The position numbers and the translations under genes were made by a program. This document shows positions 1-9,937 of a stretch of DNA of 64,000 nucleotides, piece by piece. Where the stretch lies: assembly GCA_040905565.1 (NCBI GenBank), contig JBBDRF010000087.1, positions 1-64,000 of the forward strand. The letters run 5' to 3'. Position 1 is the stretch's first letter. Every line of letters starts with the position of its first letter. Below the pieces are notes generated by a model. That model searched no databases. It was not told the DNA's origin and saw only the letters and a program-made list of their open reading frames with translations. The DNA is from Phycisphaeraceae bacterium (lineage in GTDB: Bacteria; Planctomycetota; Phycisphaerae; Phycisphaerales; Zrk34).

Positions 1-11
1 GGGGTGGGGGG

Positions 12-2045
12 GTGAGTCGGTCGCAGTTGACGTTTTTGAGGGTGGGGCTGGTGGTCTGGTGGGTGGCCATGTCGATCGGCACGCACTGGCCTCGGCTGAA
101 CCTGGAGCCGATGGTGGGCATCGACCAGTACGCTTTGCCGTTCGGGTTGGATAAGTGGGTCCACTTCGGAGCGTTCGGCGGGCTGGCGTTTCTCTTCCTA
201 TCGTCGCATCTGCTGAAAGGGTCCGTACTTCGACAGGCGGGGCTGGCGATGGTGGGGCTTGTGGTGTGGGCGGGGATTGATGAATTGACCCAATACTTCG
301 TGCCCGGCCGGGGGGTGCACTGGGGCGACTGGTTCGCTTCAAGCCTCGGCATCGCAGGCGGCGTGGCAAGTTGGGCGGGGCTCCGCTGGCTGATCCTCTC
401 GCACGATAACTCCTTTATCAGCCACACACGCGTGGTGTCGGGCATGACGGTGCTCAGCCGGGTCTTCGGGCTGGTACGCGACTGGGCGCTGGCGCGGGTG
501 TTCGGATTCGGCGTGGTGATGGACGCGTTCATCATCGCCTTCATGGTGCCCAACCTGTTCCGCAGGCTGTTCGGCGAAGGTGCTTTGGCAGCGGCATTTA
601 TACCGCACTACAGCCGTCTGCGCGAGCGGGAGGCGCGTGCGGCGACGCGCTTCGCGTTGCTGGTCGTCGACGTGCTGACGACGGGCCTGGTCGGCCTGGC
701 GATGCTGGGCGCGCTCGCGATGGGCGCGCTTGCTTTCTACGGCGGTCTGGATCCGCGAGGCACGCTTACTGCTGGACTTACAGCCGTCACCGTCTGGTAC
801 ATGCCGTTGGTCTGTATCACGGCGATCCTCGGTGCGGTGCTGCAGGTGCATGGCCGATTCGCCGTCCCCGCCGCCACGCCGGTCATCTTGAATCTGTTCG
901 TGATCGCTGCGGCACTGGGCGGTGGAATGCTGCTGGGCAATGAGTTTACGTCACAGCAGACGGTCTTCCTGGTCGCCGGTTCGATCGTCCTCGCGGGCAT
1001 CGTGCAGGTCGTCTGGCAGGTGGTGGCCCTGCGGCAGGCGGGGGTCCATCTGCGTGAGAGTCGTCAGCACGACCACGGCGAGCGGTGGGGCGGGCCTTTG
1101 GTCAAAGAAGCGGGCGGCGGGCTGCTGAAACAGTGGGTGCCGACGGTGCTGGGGCTCGCGATTTTTCAGCTCAATGCGCTGGCCGACGCGCTGATTGCTT
1201 TGTTCTTCTCAGGCCCGGCTGGCGCTGAGATCCTCGTGTTCGGAAGGTCCGTAACCTACCCGATGGAACAGGGTTCCGTCGGCGTGATCGGGATGGCGCA
1301 GCGGCTGTATGAGTTCCCGCTCGGCGTGTTCGGCATCGCGGTGGCCACGGCGATTTTCCCGGCTCTGTCCGCGGCGGCGGCGGCGAAGCCCGAAGTGTTC
1401 GGGCGACTGCTGAGGCAGGGTTTGCGGTTGACGATCTTCATCGCTTTGCCGGCCGGGGTCGGGCTGCTGCTGGTCCGCGAACCGCTGGCGGGGACGATCT
1501 TCCACGAAGGCGGCGAACTGCAGCCGGGCGATGCGAGCCGGGTGGCGTGGGTGCTAAGCGGTTATGCATTAGCGGTTTGGGCGTTCTCGATGAACCAGAT
1601 TCTGGTGCGGGCCTTTTATGCCCAGCACGATGCGAAGACGCCGATGCGGGTGGGGCTTTGGCTGGTGGGGCTGAATGTGGTGTTGAATTTCACGCTGATC
1701 TGGCCGCTTGGGGCGGTGGGGCTGGCGTGGAGTACGTCGGTCTGCGCGGTGCTGCAATCGGTGATCTTGCTGCTGTTGTTGCGGCGATACGTGGCCGGGC
1801 CGGTGGATCGCAGCGTGTGGGCGGGGTGGGGGCGAACGGCGTTACTGACGGTGACAATGGGAGTTGCGGTATGGCTGGCGATCGGCGGGATCGATCTGGC
1901 GGGGCAACCATGGGCGATTGTGGCGGGGACGTTGCTACTGGGCACCGGCGTCGGCGCAACCGTGTTCGGCGGCGGCGCGGTGATGCTGAGAATGACGGAA
2001 CTTAAGTGGTTGCTAGGCCGCGGGGTTCGGGAGGAGGGGGATTAG
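12..2045 (+). CDS. murJ: VanZ-like domain fused to lipid II flippase MurJ (MviN)
   Basis: N-terminal DKWVHF...DELTQYFVPGR..W.DW (VanZ-like), then MurJ motifs SRVFGLVRD, PNLFRRLFGEGALAAAFIP, RLYEFPLGVFGIAVATAIFP, RAFYAQHDAKTP. Confidence 0.9.
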   Translation: MSRSQLTFLRVGLVVWWVAMSIGTHWPRLNLEPMVGIDQYALPFGLDKWVHFGAFGGLAFLFLSSHLLKGSVLRQAGLAMVGLVVWAGIDELTQYFVPGRGVHWGDWFASSLGIAGGVASWAGLRWLILSHDNSFISHTRVVSGMTVLSRVFGLVRDWALARVFGFGVVMDAFIIAFMVPNLFRRLFGEGALAAAFIPHYSRLREREARAATRFALLVVDVLTTGLVGLAMLGALAMGALAFYGGLDPRGTLTAGLTAVTVWYMPLVCITAILGAVLQVHGRFAVPAATPVILNLFVIAAALGGGMLLGNEFTSQQTVFLVAGSIVLAGIVQVVWQVVALRQAGVHLRESRQHDHGERWGGPLVKEAGGGLLKQWVPTVLGLAIFQLNALADALIALFFSGPAGAEILVFGRSVTYPMEQGSVGVIGMAQRLYEFPLGVFGIAVATAIFPALSAAAAAKPEVFGRLLRQGLRLTIFIALPAGVGLLLVREPLAGTIFHEGGELQPGDASRVAWVLSGYALAVWAFSMNQILVRAFYAQHDAKTPMRVGLWLVGLNVVLNFTLIWPLGAVGLAWSTSVCAVLQSVILLLLLRRYVAGPVDRSVWAGWGRTALLTVTMGVAVWLAIGGIDLAGQPWAIVAGTLLLGTGVGATVFGGGAVMLRMTELKWLLGRGVREEGD

Positions 2046-2074
2046 TTGGTGGTGGTGGGCCGTGCCCACCCTAC
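2044..2074. repeat. REP-like palindromic repeat, copy 1 (AGTTGGTGGTGGTGGGCCGTGCCCACCCTAC)
   Basis: GGTGGGC-CGT-GCCCACC hairpin plus CTAC (GTAG on the reverse strand); 30/31 identical to the copy at 2635-2665. Confidence 0.8.
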
Positions 2075-2105
2075 TTGCTACTACTTGCTACCCACCCTAC
2101 GCAGC

Positions 2106-2561
2106 TCAATCTTGCGGTTCCTGCAGTGCCCATTCTAGTGTTCTAATTATGTGTTTCGCTAACCCGTGAGCGTCTTTCTCGCGGACTTGTTCACGAGCTG
2201 CTCGGATATTGTACGACGCCACGATCACGGTCTTGTTTGACGATCGCAATGGACTGAACTCTATCTCCGCGGCGAAATGATAACTATCGTCCCATATTGT
2301 GACTGAAACGTGGTTGCCGTCCTGCGTGACCCTATTGTTCAGCCCGGCGTCGTCAGCAATGGCTACGAGTTTATCACTAGCAGTCGCTAGTCTCTGGGCC
2401 ACCCTCTGATCCTGCATTTCGCCGCTGGCCATTCCGTAGGAAGCGTACGTTCTCTCGCTTTCGGTGCAGCCGGTCGGCGCTAGAAGGCTAGTCCAAGCGA
2501 GCGCATGCAACAGGAGCATGAATAGCTTTGGATTCCAATGTCGCCCTGATAGCTTGCCCAT
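2106..2561 (-). CDS. Hypothetical exported protein/lipoprotein, low GC
   Basis: 151-aa ORF with hydrophobic leader ending LAPTGC; visibly AT-richer than flanks; lies between two REP-like repeats. Confidence 0.55.
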   Translation of the reverse strand: MGKLSGRHWNPKLFMLLLHALAWTSLLAPTGCTESERTYASYGMASGEMQDQRVAQRLATASDKLVAIADDAGLNNRVTQDGNHVSVTIWDDSYHFAAEIEFSPLRSSNKTVIVASYNIRAAREQVREKDAHGLAKHIIRTLEWALQEPQD

Positions 2562-2634
2562 TAATTCGTCCTAAGAAACATACTCACCGCTCCGGTTGAA
2601 TCTGTGGTGGGTTTCGCTTTGCTCTATGCGACAC

Positions 2635-2665
2635 AGTTGGTGGTGGTGGGCTGTGCCCACCCTAC
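2635..2665. repeat. REP-like palindromic repeat, copy 2
   Basis: AGTTGGTGGTGGTGGGCTGTGCCCACCCTAC, direct repeat of 2044-2074. Confidence 0.8.
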
Positions 2666-2683
2666 GTTTCGTGGGTGGGCGGT

Positions 2684-3988
2684 TCAGGGATCGATGCGGT
2701 AGAGGTGGGTTTCGGTGCGGAGGATCAGGGTGTTGTCGACGACGGCGGGGGAGGCCATGAAGCCGGCGTCGAGCTGGTTGTGCGCCACCTGATTGAACTC
2801 ACGGCCGGGGGGGAAGACGATGGTGTCGCCTTCCTGGCTGAAGAAGTAGATGTGCTGGCCGTCGTAGATGGGTGACGCGGAGTACTGGCCGCCGAACCGC
2901 TCGCGCCAGATGACTTCGCCGGTTTCGGCTTCGATGGCCTGGCCGATGCCGTTGTCGGAAACGGTGTAGATCAGGCCGTCGATGAGCAGGAAGGAGGGGC
3001 GGTGGGGGATCTGCGACCGTTCGAGTTGCCATTCGATGTGGGTGTCGGTGAGGTCACCGCGGCTGCCGTCGAGGCGAATGCGCAGAAGCGAAGCCTGGTC
3101 GAAGCCGGTGCTGATGTAGAGGGCGCCGTCGCCGATGACGGGGCGGGGGACGGTGGAGTAGCCGCTGAAGATGACGCGCCAGAGTTCTTCGCCGGTGTGC
3201 GGATCGTAGCTGTACATGGCCTCGGCACCCTGGCTGAGCAGTTGCGGCTTGCCCTCAATCTCCCAGACGACGGGTGTGGTGTAGGCCTTGCGGCGATGCA
3301 TGCGGATGGCGGCCATGTCGCGGGAGCGGTCGGTTTTCCAGACGGTTTCGCCGGTGTGTTTGTTGAGTGCGACGACGTATTGCACATCGGTGCCGTCGCA
3401 ATGGAAGATCAGCATGTCCTCATAAAGGATCGGTGATGAGCCGGCCCCTTCAAAATGCGTCAGATTGAGATCGCGACGCTCCCAGACGACCTCGGCGGAA
3501 GCGGTATCGATGGCGGCTGTGCCGTAGTCGCCGAAGTGCACATAGACGCGGCCTTCCTCGATCACAGGCGACGGTGAAGCGTGACTGTTGAGCGTGTTGA
3601 CATTGTCCGGCTCGTTGTGGTCGAACACCTTGAAGTTGTGCAGCAGTTCGCCGGTTTTTAGATCGACGCAGATGGCGAAGAGGTCCTGGCCGTCGCGCGT
3701 GGCGGTGGTCATCCAGATCTGGTTGCCATGGACGACGGGGGAGGACCAGCCACGGTGAGGGATGGCGACCTTCCAGGTGACGTTCTGGTCTTCGCTCCAG
3801 GTGGTGGGCAGGTCGGCCCAGGGTGCGTGGCCCTGCGTGTTCGGCCCGCGGTAGTCGGGCCAGTGCGGCTGCGCCACTGCATCACTTGCGACGCTGATCA
3901 TCACGATCGCCGCCACGAATCCCGAAACCCACTTTGCCGCACCGCGTGTCCGCATCTCGCTGCTCATAGACGATCCCATCGGTTGCAC
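2684..3988 (-). CDS. PQQ-binding-like beta-propeller protein (BamB-like repeats); true start probably slightly downstream
   Basis: Signal peptide, WPDYRGP, GWSSPVV, repeated TGE.VW / SSP motifs. Confidence 0.85.
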   Translation of the reverse strand: MQPMGSSMSSEMRTRGAAKWVSGFVAAIVMISVASDAVAQPHWPDYRGPNTQGHAPWADLPTTWSEDQNVTWKVAIPHRGWSSPVVHGNQIWMTTATRDGQDLFAICVDLKTGELLHNFKVFDHNEPDNVNTLNSHASPSPVIEEGRVYVHFGDYGTAAIDTASAEVVWERRDLNLTHFEGAGSSPILYEDMLIFHCDGTDVQYVVALNKHTGETVWKTDRSRDMAAIRMHRRKAYTTPVVWEIEGKPQLLSQGAEAMYSYDPHTGEELWRVIFSGYSTVPRPVIGDGALYISTGFDQASLLRIRLDGSRGDLTDTHIEWQLERSQIPHRPSFLLIDGLIYTVSDNGIGQAIEAETGEVIWRERFGGQYSASPIYDGQHIYFFSQEGDTIVFPPGREFNQVAHNQLDAGFMASPAVVDNTLILRTETHLYRIDP

Positions 3989-4202
3989 GTACTGAAGCTG
4001 CTCGTTCGACTGTTGTCATGATACCACGTGCGTGCCGCGGTTATACCGGCATGCCTGATGAGGAGGGGGAACGCCATGCGGCGGCGCTGGATTGAGCGTT
4101 TGTCAGCCGCGCCGGGCCCTCTCCGACGCCTATCATGTCTATTCGACATGCATTGATAGAGGGATTGGCTGGGCTTTTTCATCTTCAGAGGAGCGCGCTC
4201 CG

Positions 4203-5369
4203 ATGGGACCTGAATCAGATCCGCAGCAGAGGCCGCCGACGGCGGTGCCAGATGGACAACATCCGGATTACGAAGTGGAGTTTCGGACTCTGGGTGAAAT
4301 CCTTGAACGCGACGCGGAGCAGATCATGGAGCAGTGGTTCGAACGGGCCACCGAAGCGCACACTCATGCCGAACCGGCCCAACGTGAAGAGGCGATGAAC
4401 GATTTGCTGACGATGCTTCGATCGTTGGGTAGGAGATTGAAGGAACAGACCGGCGAAGCCATGGAACATGCAGCCAAGATTGCCCGGGAGCACGGACGGC
4501 AGCGATCCACCATCGGGTGGAATATTGTCGATGTGGTCAATGACTATGAAATACTGCACGGCGTGGTTCTGGAGCACCTCGGTCGGACTTTGAATGAACG
4601 GCTGACGTACCGACAGGCGATGATCATCGCCACCGTGATTGAGAAGGCCGTTGCGGCGTCTGTCCAGACGTTCAGCGAGATGGCCGAACAGAGGCTGAAG
4701 GATCGTGTCAGGCAGCAAAAGATCGAACTTCGACAGTTGACGCTGGACCTGACGGATGCTGAGCATCATGAGCGCGAGCGAATCGCCCGGCAGCTTCACG
4801 ACGATCTACAACAAATGCTCGTCGCCATTCAGATGAAGCTCGGTATCGCTCTGAAGGATTCATCCGCAGCCCGGCTCGCGGTGGAGCAGTCCGCCCAGCT
4901 CACTAAGCAGACGATTGCGGTCGCACGGAACCTCACGGCTGATCTGTATCCGAAGGTACTGGAAAGCGACAGCCTGCCTGCCGCAATTGAAGAATTGGCG
5001 CGCACGTTTCAGGAACAGTACGACCTGACGGTTTCGGTGGATCTTCAGGTCAGCCGTGATAGCAACCCTGGGCCACTCGCCCTGCGCCGGCTAGTTTATG
5101 ACGCAATCCGTGAGTTGCTGTTCAACGTTGTAAAGCACGCGGAAACGGACCATGCGTGGGTAAACATCTGTTGTGACGAAGCATTGCCCTGGTCGATTGA
5201 AGTTTCCGATCGCGGCAAGGGTGGGGCGGAGCTCTCCGCCGCCAGCGCCGGTTTCGGCCTGCACGCGGTTCGCCGCCGCATTGAGCAGATCGGCGGAACC
5301 ATGGAGGTTCACACTGAGCCGGGCCAGGGCACAGGCATCGTGCTCACGGTGCCCGCGGAATCAGAGTAG
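4203..5369 (+). CDS. Sensor histidine kinase (RsbRD_N-like helical input, HisKA_3, HATPase_c)
   Basis: ERERIARQLHDDLQQ H-box, ELLFNVVKHA N-box, DRGKG, GFGL, GQGT. Confidence 0.85.
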   Translation: MGPESDPQQRPPTAVPDGQHPDYEVEFRTLGEILERDAEQIMEQWFERATEAHTHAEPAQREEAMNDLLTMLRSLGRRLKEQTGEAMEHAAKIAREHGRQRSTIGWNIVDVVNDYEILHGVVLEHLGRTLNERLTYRQAMIIATVIEKAVAASVQTFSEMAEQRLKDRVRQQKIELRQLTLDLTDAEHHERERIARQLHDDLQQMLVAIQMKLGIALKDSSAARLAVEQSAQLTKQTIAVARNLTADLYPKVLESDSLPAAIEELARTFQEQYDLTVSVDLQVSRDSNPGPLALRRLVYDAIRELLFNVVKHAETDHAWVNICCDEALPWSIEVSDRGKGGAELSAASAGFGLHAVRRRIEQIGGTMEVHTEPGQGTGIVLTVPAESE

Positions 5370-5374
5370 CCCGC

Positions 5375-7225
5375 TCAACGCGTTCGCTCGCCGGGGCATG
5401 GCACCTCAAGAATGGTACGGCTACCTTGGCCGGGTGCGGATTTGAATTGCACGGTGCCGCCGATCCATTTCAGGCGCTCTTGAATGCTGGTGAGGCCGAA
5501 GCTGGTAGAGTCCGCCTCCTTCACCGCCTTAGGGTCGTACCCGACGCCTTAATCCTCGACCGATAGCCGAATCCAGCCGTGCTTGCGTTCGACGCGCACC
5601 CATGCTTCGCTGACATGGGCGTGCTTGACGACATTGAGCAACAGTTCCCGGACGCAGTCGAAAAGCAAGGTACGCAGGGATTCGTTCGGCAAGCGTATCT
5701 CTTCCTCCGCGTGCAGGTGCACCGTAAAGCCGTAGGTTTTGGTCATCCAGCGTCCGAGCCACTTCAAAGCGGCGAGCAGGCCTGCCTCGTACAGCAGCGG
5801 CGGGCTGAGTTGTGCGGTGAGGGAGCGCGAGGTTTCGATGGACTGATCGATGAGGGCCTTGATCTGCTGCAGCCCCTCTTCCTCGCCTTGCAGGCGAGTC
5901 GCGTGCAGCCGTGCCGCGACGAGCAGTTGCTGAAGGTGATCGTGCAGCAGATGGGCGAGCCGGCGGCGCTCGCGCTGTTCGGTTTGAATGAGTTCTGCTG
6001 TGAGGCGCTGAAGCTGAGCGGTGCGCTGTTCGGCCTCCGCCTTGCCGCGCTCGGCCTCGGCCTCGGCCCGCTTTCGCGCCGTCAGGTCGATGATCACACC
6101 GATGGCGAAAAGCGCCAAGGAATCCCTGTCACGCACCGCCGAGGCGGACAGAGCGGCCCAGAGAATCCCGCCGTCGCGACGGATGTAACGCTTCTCGAGC
6201 GTGAACCTGTTCAGCTTCCCGACGATCATCTGCTGAAACATCGCACGCTCATGAACGATGTCTTCGGGATGGGTGATGTCGCCCACGCGGAGCGTCCGCA
6301 AGGTTTCACGATCGTAGCCGAGCATCTCACAGAGTTTGTCATTGACCAACGTGATGCGTTCGTCGAAGCCGACCTCTCCGATGCCCGCGCCCGCCTGTTC
6401 GAAGATCGAACGGAACCGTGCCTCGCTCTCCTGCAGGGCATGCTCGGCGCGCTTCTGCTGGGTGATGTCTCGGAAGTACCAGCCTCGCCCCTGCACGGAA
6501 CAGTCCGGATCACGAATGGGAGCGGTGTGGCGGTAGAGCACCCGGCCATCGGCCAGCGGAACCTCGTCGTGGCCGCTGAGTTCCGGGTTATCGTAGTAGT
6601 GCTGCGTGCTGGCGCGGAAGCCTTCGGGGTCGGCCACTTTTTGTGCCGCTTTCGCCAGCAGCGCCTCGTCGGATCGCGGCTCCATCTCCGAGTCGCTGAA
6701 TCCCCAGATCGTCTGAAAGCGGCGATTCCATTCAAGAATCTTGTCCGCCCCCTCGCGGTAGACCACCAGGATGCCGTCGATAGAGGCCTCCATCGTCGCC
6801 TCAAGTAGCGTCGTACGATCCCTCGCTTCCCGCTCGGCGTGCTTGCGGCTAGTTAAATCACGCACGACGCTGACGAACGCGGTCAACTCGCCTTGCTCGT
6901 CGTGAACAGCGATCAGCTTCCCCCTGGCACAGAATCGGCTTCGGTCCTTGCGGACGTGCCAGCCTTCGTGGACGGCCAGCCCTTCGCGAAGCGCGAGTGC
7001 CAGTAAGTACTCATGGCGTCGGCAGTCAGCATCGTCGGGTGTCAAAATGATCGAAAATCGCTCGCCCACAACCTCCTGCTCCGTGTAGCCGAGCAGTCGC
7101 TGGGCACCGTCGTTCCAACTGGTGATCCGGCCCCGCAGGTCAAGCGAAAATACAGCGTGATCCTCGAGGTTTTCAACCACGAGTGGGAACAGCGTGACTG
7201 CATTTTCCCCACCACTACGCATCAC
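5375..7225 (-). pseudogene. Multi-PAS HisKA_3 sensor kinase interrupted by an in-frame TAA at 5549-5551
   Basis: Three PAS/PAC domains and H-box ERRRLAHLLHDHLQQ; frame reads VED*GVGYDP...FGLTSIQERLKWIGG...APGQGSRTILEVP to TGA at 5375-5377. Confidence 0.8.
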
Positions 7226-7339
7226 TGAAGCCCTGCTTCAAGGCAGAAGAAGCGCGAACGCCATCAGAGATGACCTGCTACCGCACTCTAGCGAGACAGC
7301 AAGCCAAAGCGGGTTGAGCAGCGGTTCGGGGGAACACCT

Positions 7340-7478
7340 AGAACCGCCACGGAGCCAAACCCTATGCAGCGCAAGATTCGAGGCCAGCCACGCCCGCAAA
7401 CGCAAAAACCGCAAGTCCCCGTAGAAACGGGAGCCTGCGGTTCTTTTCTGCGTAAGCCGCTATAGCAACGGTTACAAA
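7340..7478 (+). pseudogene. Relic C-terminal tail/att arm of a paralogous tyrosine integrase
   Basis: Translates PQTQKPQVPVETGACGSFLRKPL*, versus PETKKPQAPANADTCGSFRSKSLP* of the intact integrase; both stop codons start 16 nt before the att core. Confidence 0.7.
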
Positions 7479-7499
7479 TACCCCCTAGGGGAGTCGAAC
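7479..7499. repeat. Distal att core (duplicated 3' end of tRNA-Glu)
   Basis: TACCCCCTAGGGGAGTCGAAC identical to 37911-37931. Confidence 0.95.
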
Positions 7500-7723
7500 A
7501 GAACGCAAAAAACTCGGACAAAACGCACAATTCCAAAGAGCGCGGCGCACAATCCGGCGCACTTCCTGCCGCTGCCGAACATGGCGACGATGTGCGACGC
7601 CTGGCCGAGAATTGGGAGAACCTGCCACCGGCGGTGCGGGAGGCGATACGGGTGTTGACAAGGGCTGACACCTGAGTGTGTCGGCCCCAGTTGCCGTGTC
7701 GGCTGAAACGCACCCGACCGCTG

Positions 7724-7987
7724 CTAACGGTCCACGCTCTGGCCCGTCGGCCACCACCCAACGTGCTCAGTCCGAGGCCGAGCAGCGCCACCGCCGAGCA
7801 TGTACCACACGACAGAGTCGGTGTATTGACCGGTGAAGAAGTTGCTCATTCGATCCGCGACCGAGTTCGACGCGTTAAGGCCGATGATGAACAGCACGAC
7901 GCCGACCACCACCAAACTCACCACCAGCACGAGCAGGAGGTGGAGCACGCGTCGAGAGTGACGGACGTCAGCAATCCAAGCACCCAC
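7724..7987 (-). pseudogene. DUF3185-like small membrane protein, apparently frameshifted near 7790
   Basis: VVGVVLFIIGLNASNSVADRMSNFFTGQYTDSVVWYMLGG; the expected second TM helix (AVALLGLGLSTL) continues in another frame. Confidence 0.6.
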
Positions 7988-8032
7988 AACTCCGCAAGAC
8001 GTTGGGCATGAACGCTACGGCTCTTGGATTGT

Positions 8033-9466
8033 TCAGGAACTGACCCGGCGCTGGGCGCGGGGCGCGTCGTTATGGTTCATGCCGACGGCCGGAAGCGGCG
8101 TCGCGTCCGCCGGGCGATCGAAACGTTTGCCGAGCATGAGCGAAATGAGTCGATACAGGATGAGCATGGCGAAGAGAACGGCGAGCAAGGCGCACATGCG
8201 CCAGAAAAACGCGTCGAGCACAAGGTGACCCTGATCGGCGAAAAGCGCGATCCGTCCGTCGGCCGACTCGTTCACCTGCCGCATCCGATCATCCCACTGA
8301 GGCGACTCGAGCAGTTGCTGCGACTTAAGAAGCAGTTGGTTCATCCCCTCGGCGGCCAACGCCAGTTCCCGCGCCGCGTCGGCGTGCTCGCGGATATCGA
8401 ACGGGCGTGCGCCGGTGTCGGTGTTCCAGCGGTCCCATGCCTCGAATTGCTGAAAAAGCGCATTGCCGGTCGTGAGCAGTTCATTAAAGGACTCGCCCAC
8501 CGGCTCCAACGACGCAACCAACGCTTGGGACTCGGTCATGGCGGCCGTTACCTTCGCGATGGTCGCGTCGGCACGCTGCACGGCTTCCTCGAACCCCGCG
8601 AGCGCGGCCTGCCGCTCGGCCGCCACGTGGGCAGGTAGTTGTTCGATCTGCTCGGTGAGCCGATGGACATCCGCCAGCGCCGTGGCGAGCTGCGGCGTAG
8701 CGAGCAGGTCGTCCTTCATCGCTTCGGTCTGCCACCGCAGCAGCGTGGGCTCACGCTTGAACCGGTAAAACATCCGCTCGCCCAGCAGCCGTGCCTCGTC
8801 AACGGCTTGGCCGGCGTGGCCGATCTCCGCGAATTGGCCGCGGGCATCCAAGACGTTAGAGGCGGCTGACGCGCCGCGGCCGATCGCGAAGTTGGAGAAC
8901 CGGATGAACGACACGCGGACCATATCCGGGTTCTCCTCCCACCAGTCCTGCAGCAGGGTGTCGAGATCTCGGAGCTGCTCGGCTGTGAGAACACGTGCAG
9001 CAAGGTCCCGTGATTCTTCGCTGGCGCGCGACATGGCCCGCACCAGGGGCGCTCCTCGTTCGCCGAAAACTTCCGTCGCCCGCCCCTCCTCGACCCAGAC
9101 GTGCGTGAGCAGCGAGGTCACGACGACCAGGTCGAGCACACGTGTAAACGAATCGGCGTTGCTGGCGATGTCGTATACGTTGGTCGAACAATCCAGCAGA
9201 AGCACCTGCGCCTCGCGGCGTTGGGCTGGATCGGGGTTTTCTTTCTTGATCGCGTCGCTGACGGAGTAGAGCAGTCCGACGTAGCGGTCGGCAAAGGCCC
9301 GGGTGAGTTCGTCCAGTTCCGGGGACGTCACCGGTTGGCCCGCCGCAGCGCCGCCGACGCGGCGGGGCGTCTCCTGGGCCGGGCCGCGAGCGATCGTGCA
9401 ACCGCCGTGTAGGAGCATCACGATACCCATCTGCAGCACTAAGGCCCTAACCGTTAGGATATTCAT
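8033..9466 (-). CDS. Hypothetical lipoprotein with coiled-coil region and C-terminal TM helix
   Basis: 477 aa; leader ending LLHGGC; heptad-rich middle; FFWRMCALLAVLFAMLILYRLI. Confidence 0.75.
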   Translation of the reverse strand: MNILTVRALVLQMGIVMLLHGGCTIARGPAQETPRRVGGAAAGQPVTSPELDELTRAFADRYVGLLYSVSDAIKKENPDPAQRREAQVLLLDCSTNVYDIASNADSFTRVLDLVVVTSLLTHVWVEEGRATEVFGERGAPLVRAMSRASEESRDLAARVLTAEQLRDLDTLLQDWWEENPDMVRVSFIRFSNFAIGRGASAASNVLDARGQFAEIGHAGQAVDEARLLGERMFYRFKREPTLLRWQTEAMKDDLLATPQLATALADVHRLTEQIEQLPAHVAAERQAALAGFEEAVQRADATIAKVTAAMTESQALVASLEPVGESFNELLTTGNALFQQFEAWDRWNTDTGARPFDIREHADAARELALAAEGMNQLLLKSQQLLESPQWDDRMRQVNESADGRIALFADQGHLVLDAFFWRMCALLAVLFAMLILYRLISLMLGKRFDRPADATPLPAVGMNHNDAPRAQRRVSS

Positions 9467-9745
9467 CGTTGTCTGCCCTTCCCAACCCCGTCAGTTCCCC
9501 GGTTGCAGGCCGGAGTTGCACGGTCGTGGACCACGCCATCAAAAAAGCCGACTTGTCCCACACCACAAAGGTACTGAACAAAATCGGCTAACGGAAAATG
9601 GGATTTCCGGCTGCGAGGCCGGACTGCCCTTACCGGTTTGTCGGTACCAGAGCGTCAGCGTCCGCGCTCCGGAGGTATTAAACTATACGGACGCTTGCGC
9701 TGCGAAAGCAACAATCCTGCGAATCCATCCGCGAGGCGTCGATCG

Positions 9746-9922
9746 TTACCGATAGCGCTTCGCGAGCGCGAGGCCCGACGGAGCGGTCTGGCTTTTCACG
9801 GCAATGCCGGCTTCGAGGAGGAACTTCCGAGCCTTGTCGGGGTCCTTCTTGACCTCGCGGCGTAGCTGCCTGGAGAGCTTCGAATACTCGCGAACGGCTT
9901 TGGGGATGGCTTGCTCGCTCAT
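9746..9922 (-). CDS. Small basic hypothetical protein (58 aa)
   Basis: MSEQAIPKAVREYSKLSRQLRREVKKDPDKARKFLLEAGI...; divergent from the WYL gene. Confidence 0.55.
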   Translation of the reverse strand: MSEQAIPKAVREYSKLSRQLRREVKKDPDKARKFLLEAGIAVKSQTAPSGLALAKRYR

Positions 9923-9937
9923 GACAGAAAATTGTCC
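9922..9937. promoter_or_regulatory. Imperfect TGACA-N6-TGTCA palindrome (candidate WYL operator)
   Basis: TGACA GAAAAT TGTCC; same geometry as the perfect site at 13037-13054. Confidence 0.4.

Noticed and set aside
5549..5551. Stop-codon recoding in the PAS kinase
   Set aside because: TAA terminates many normal genes in this window; a single nonsense change or error is simpler
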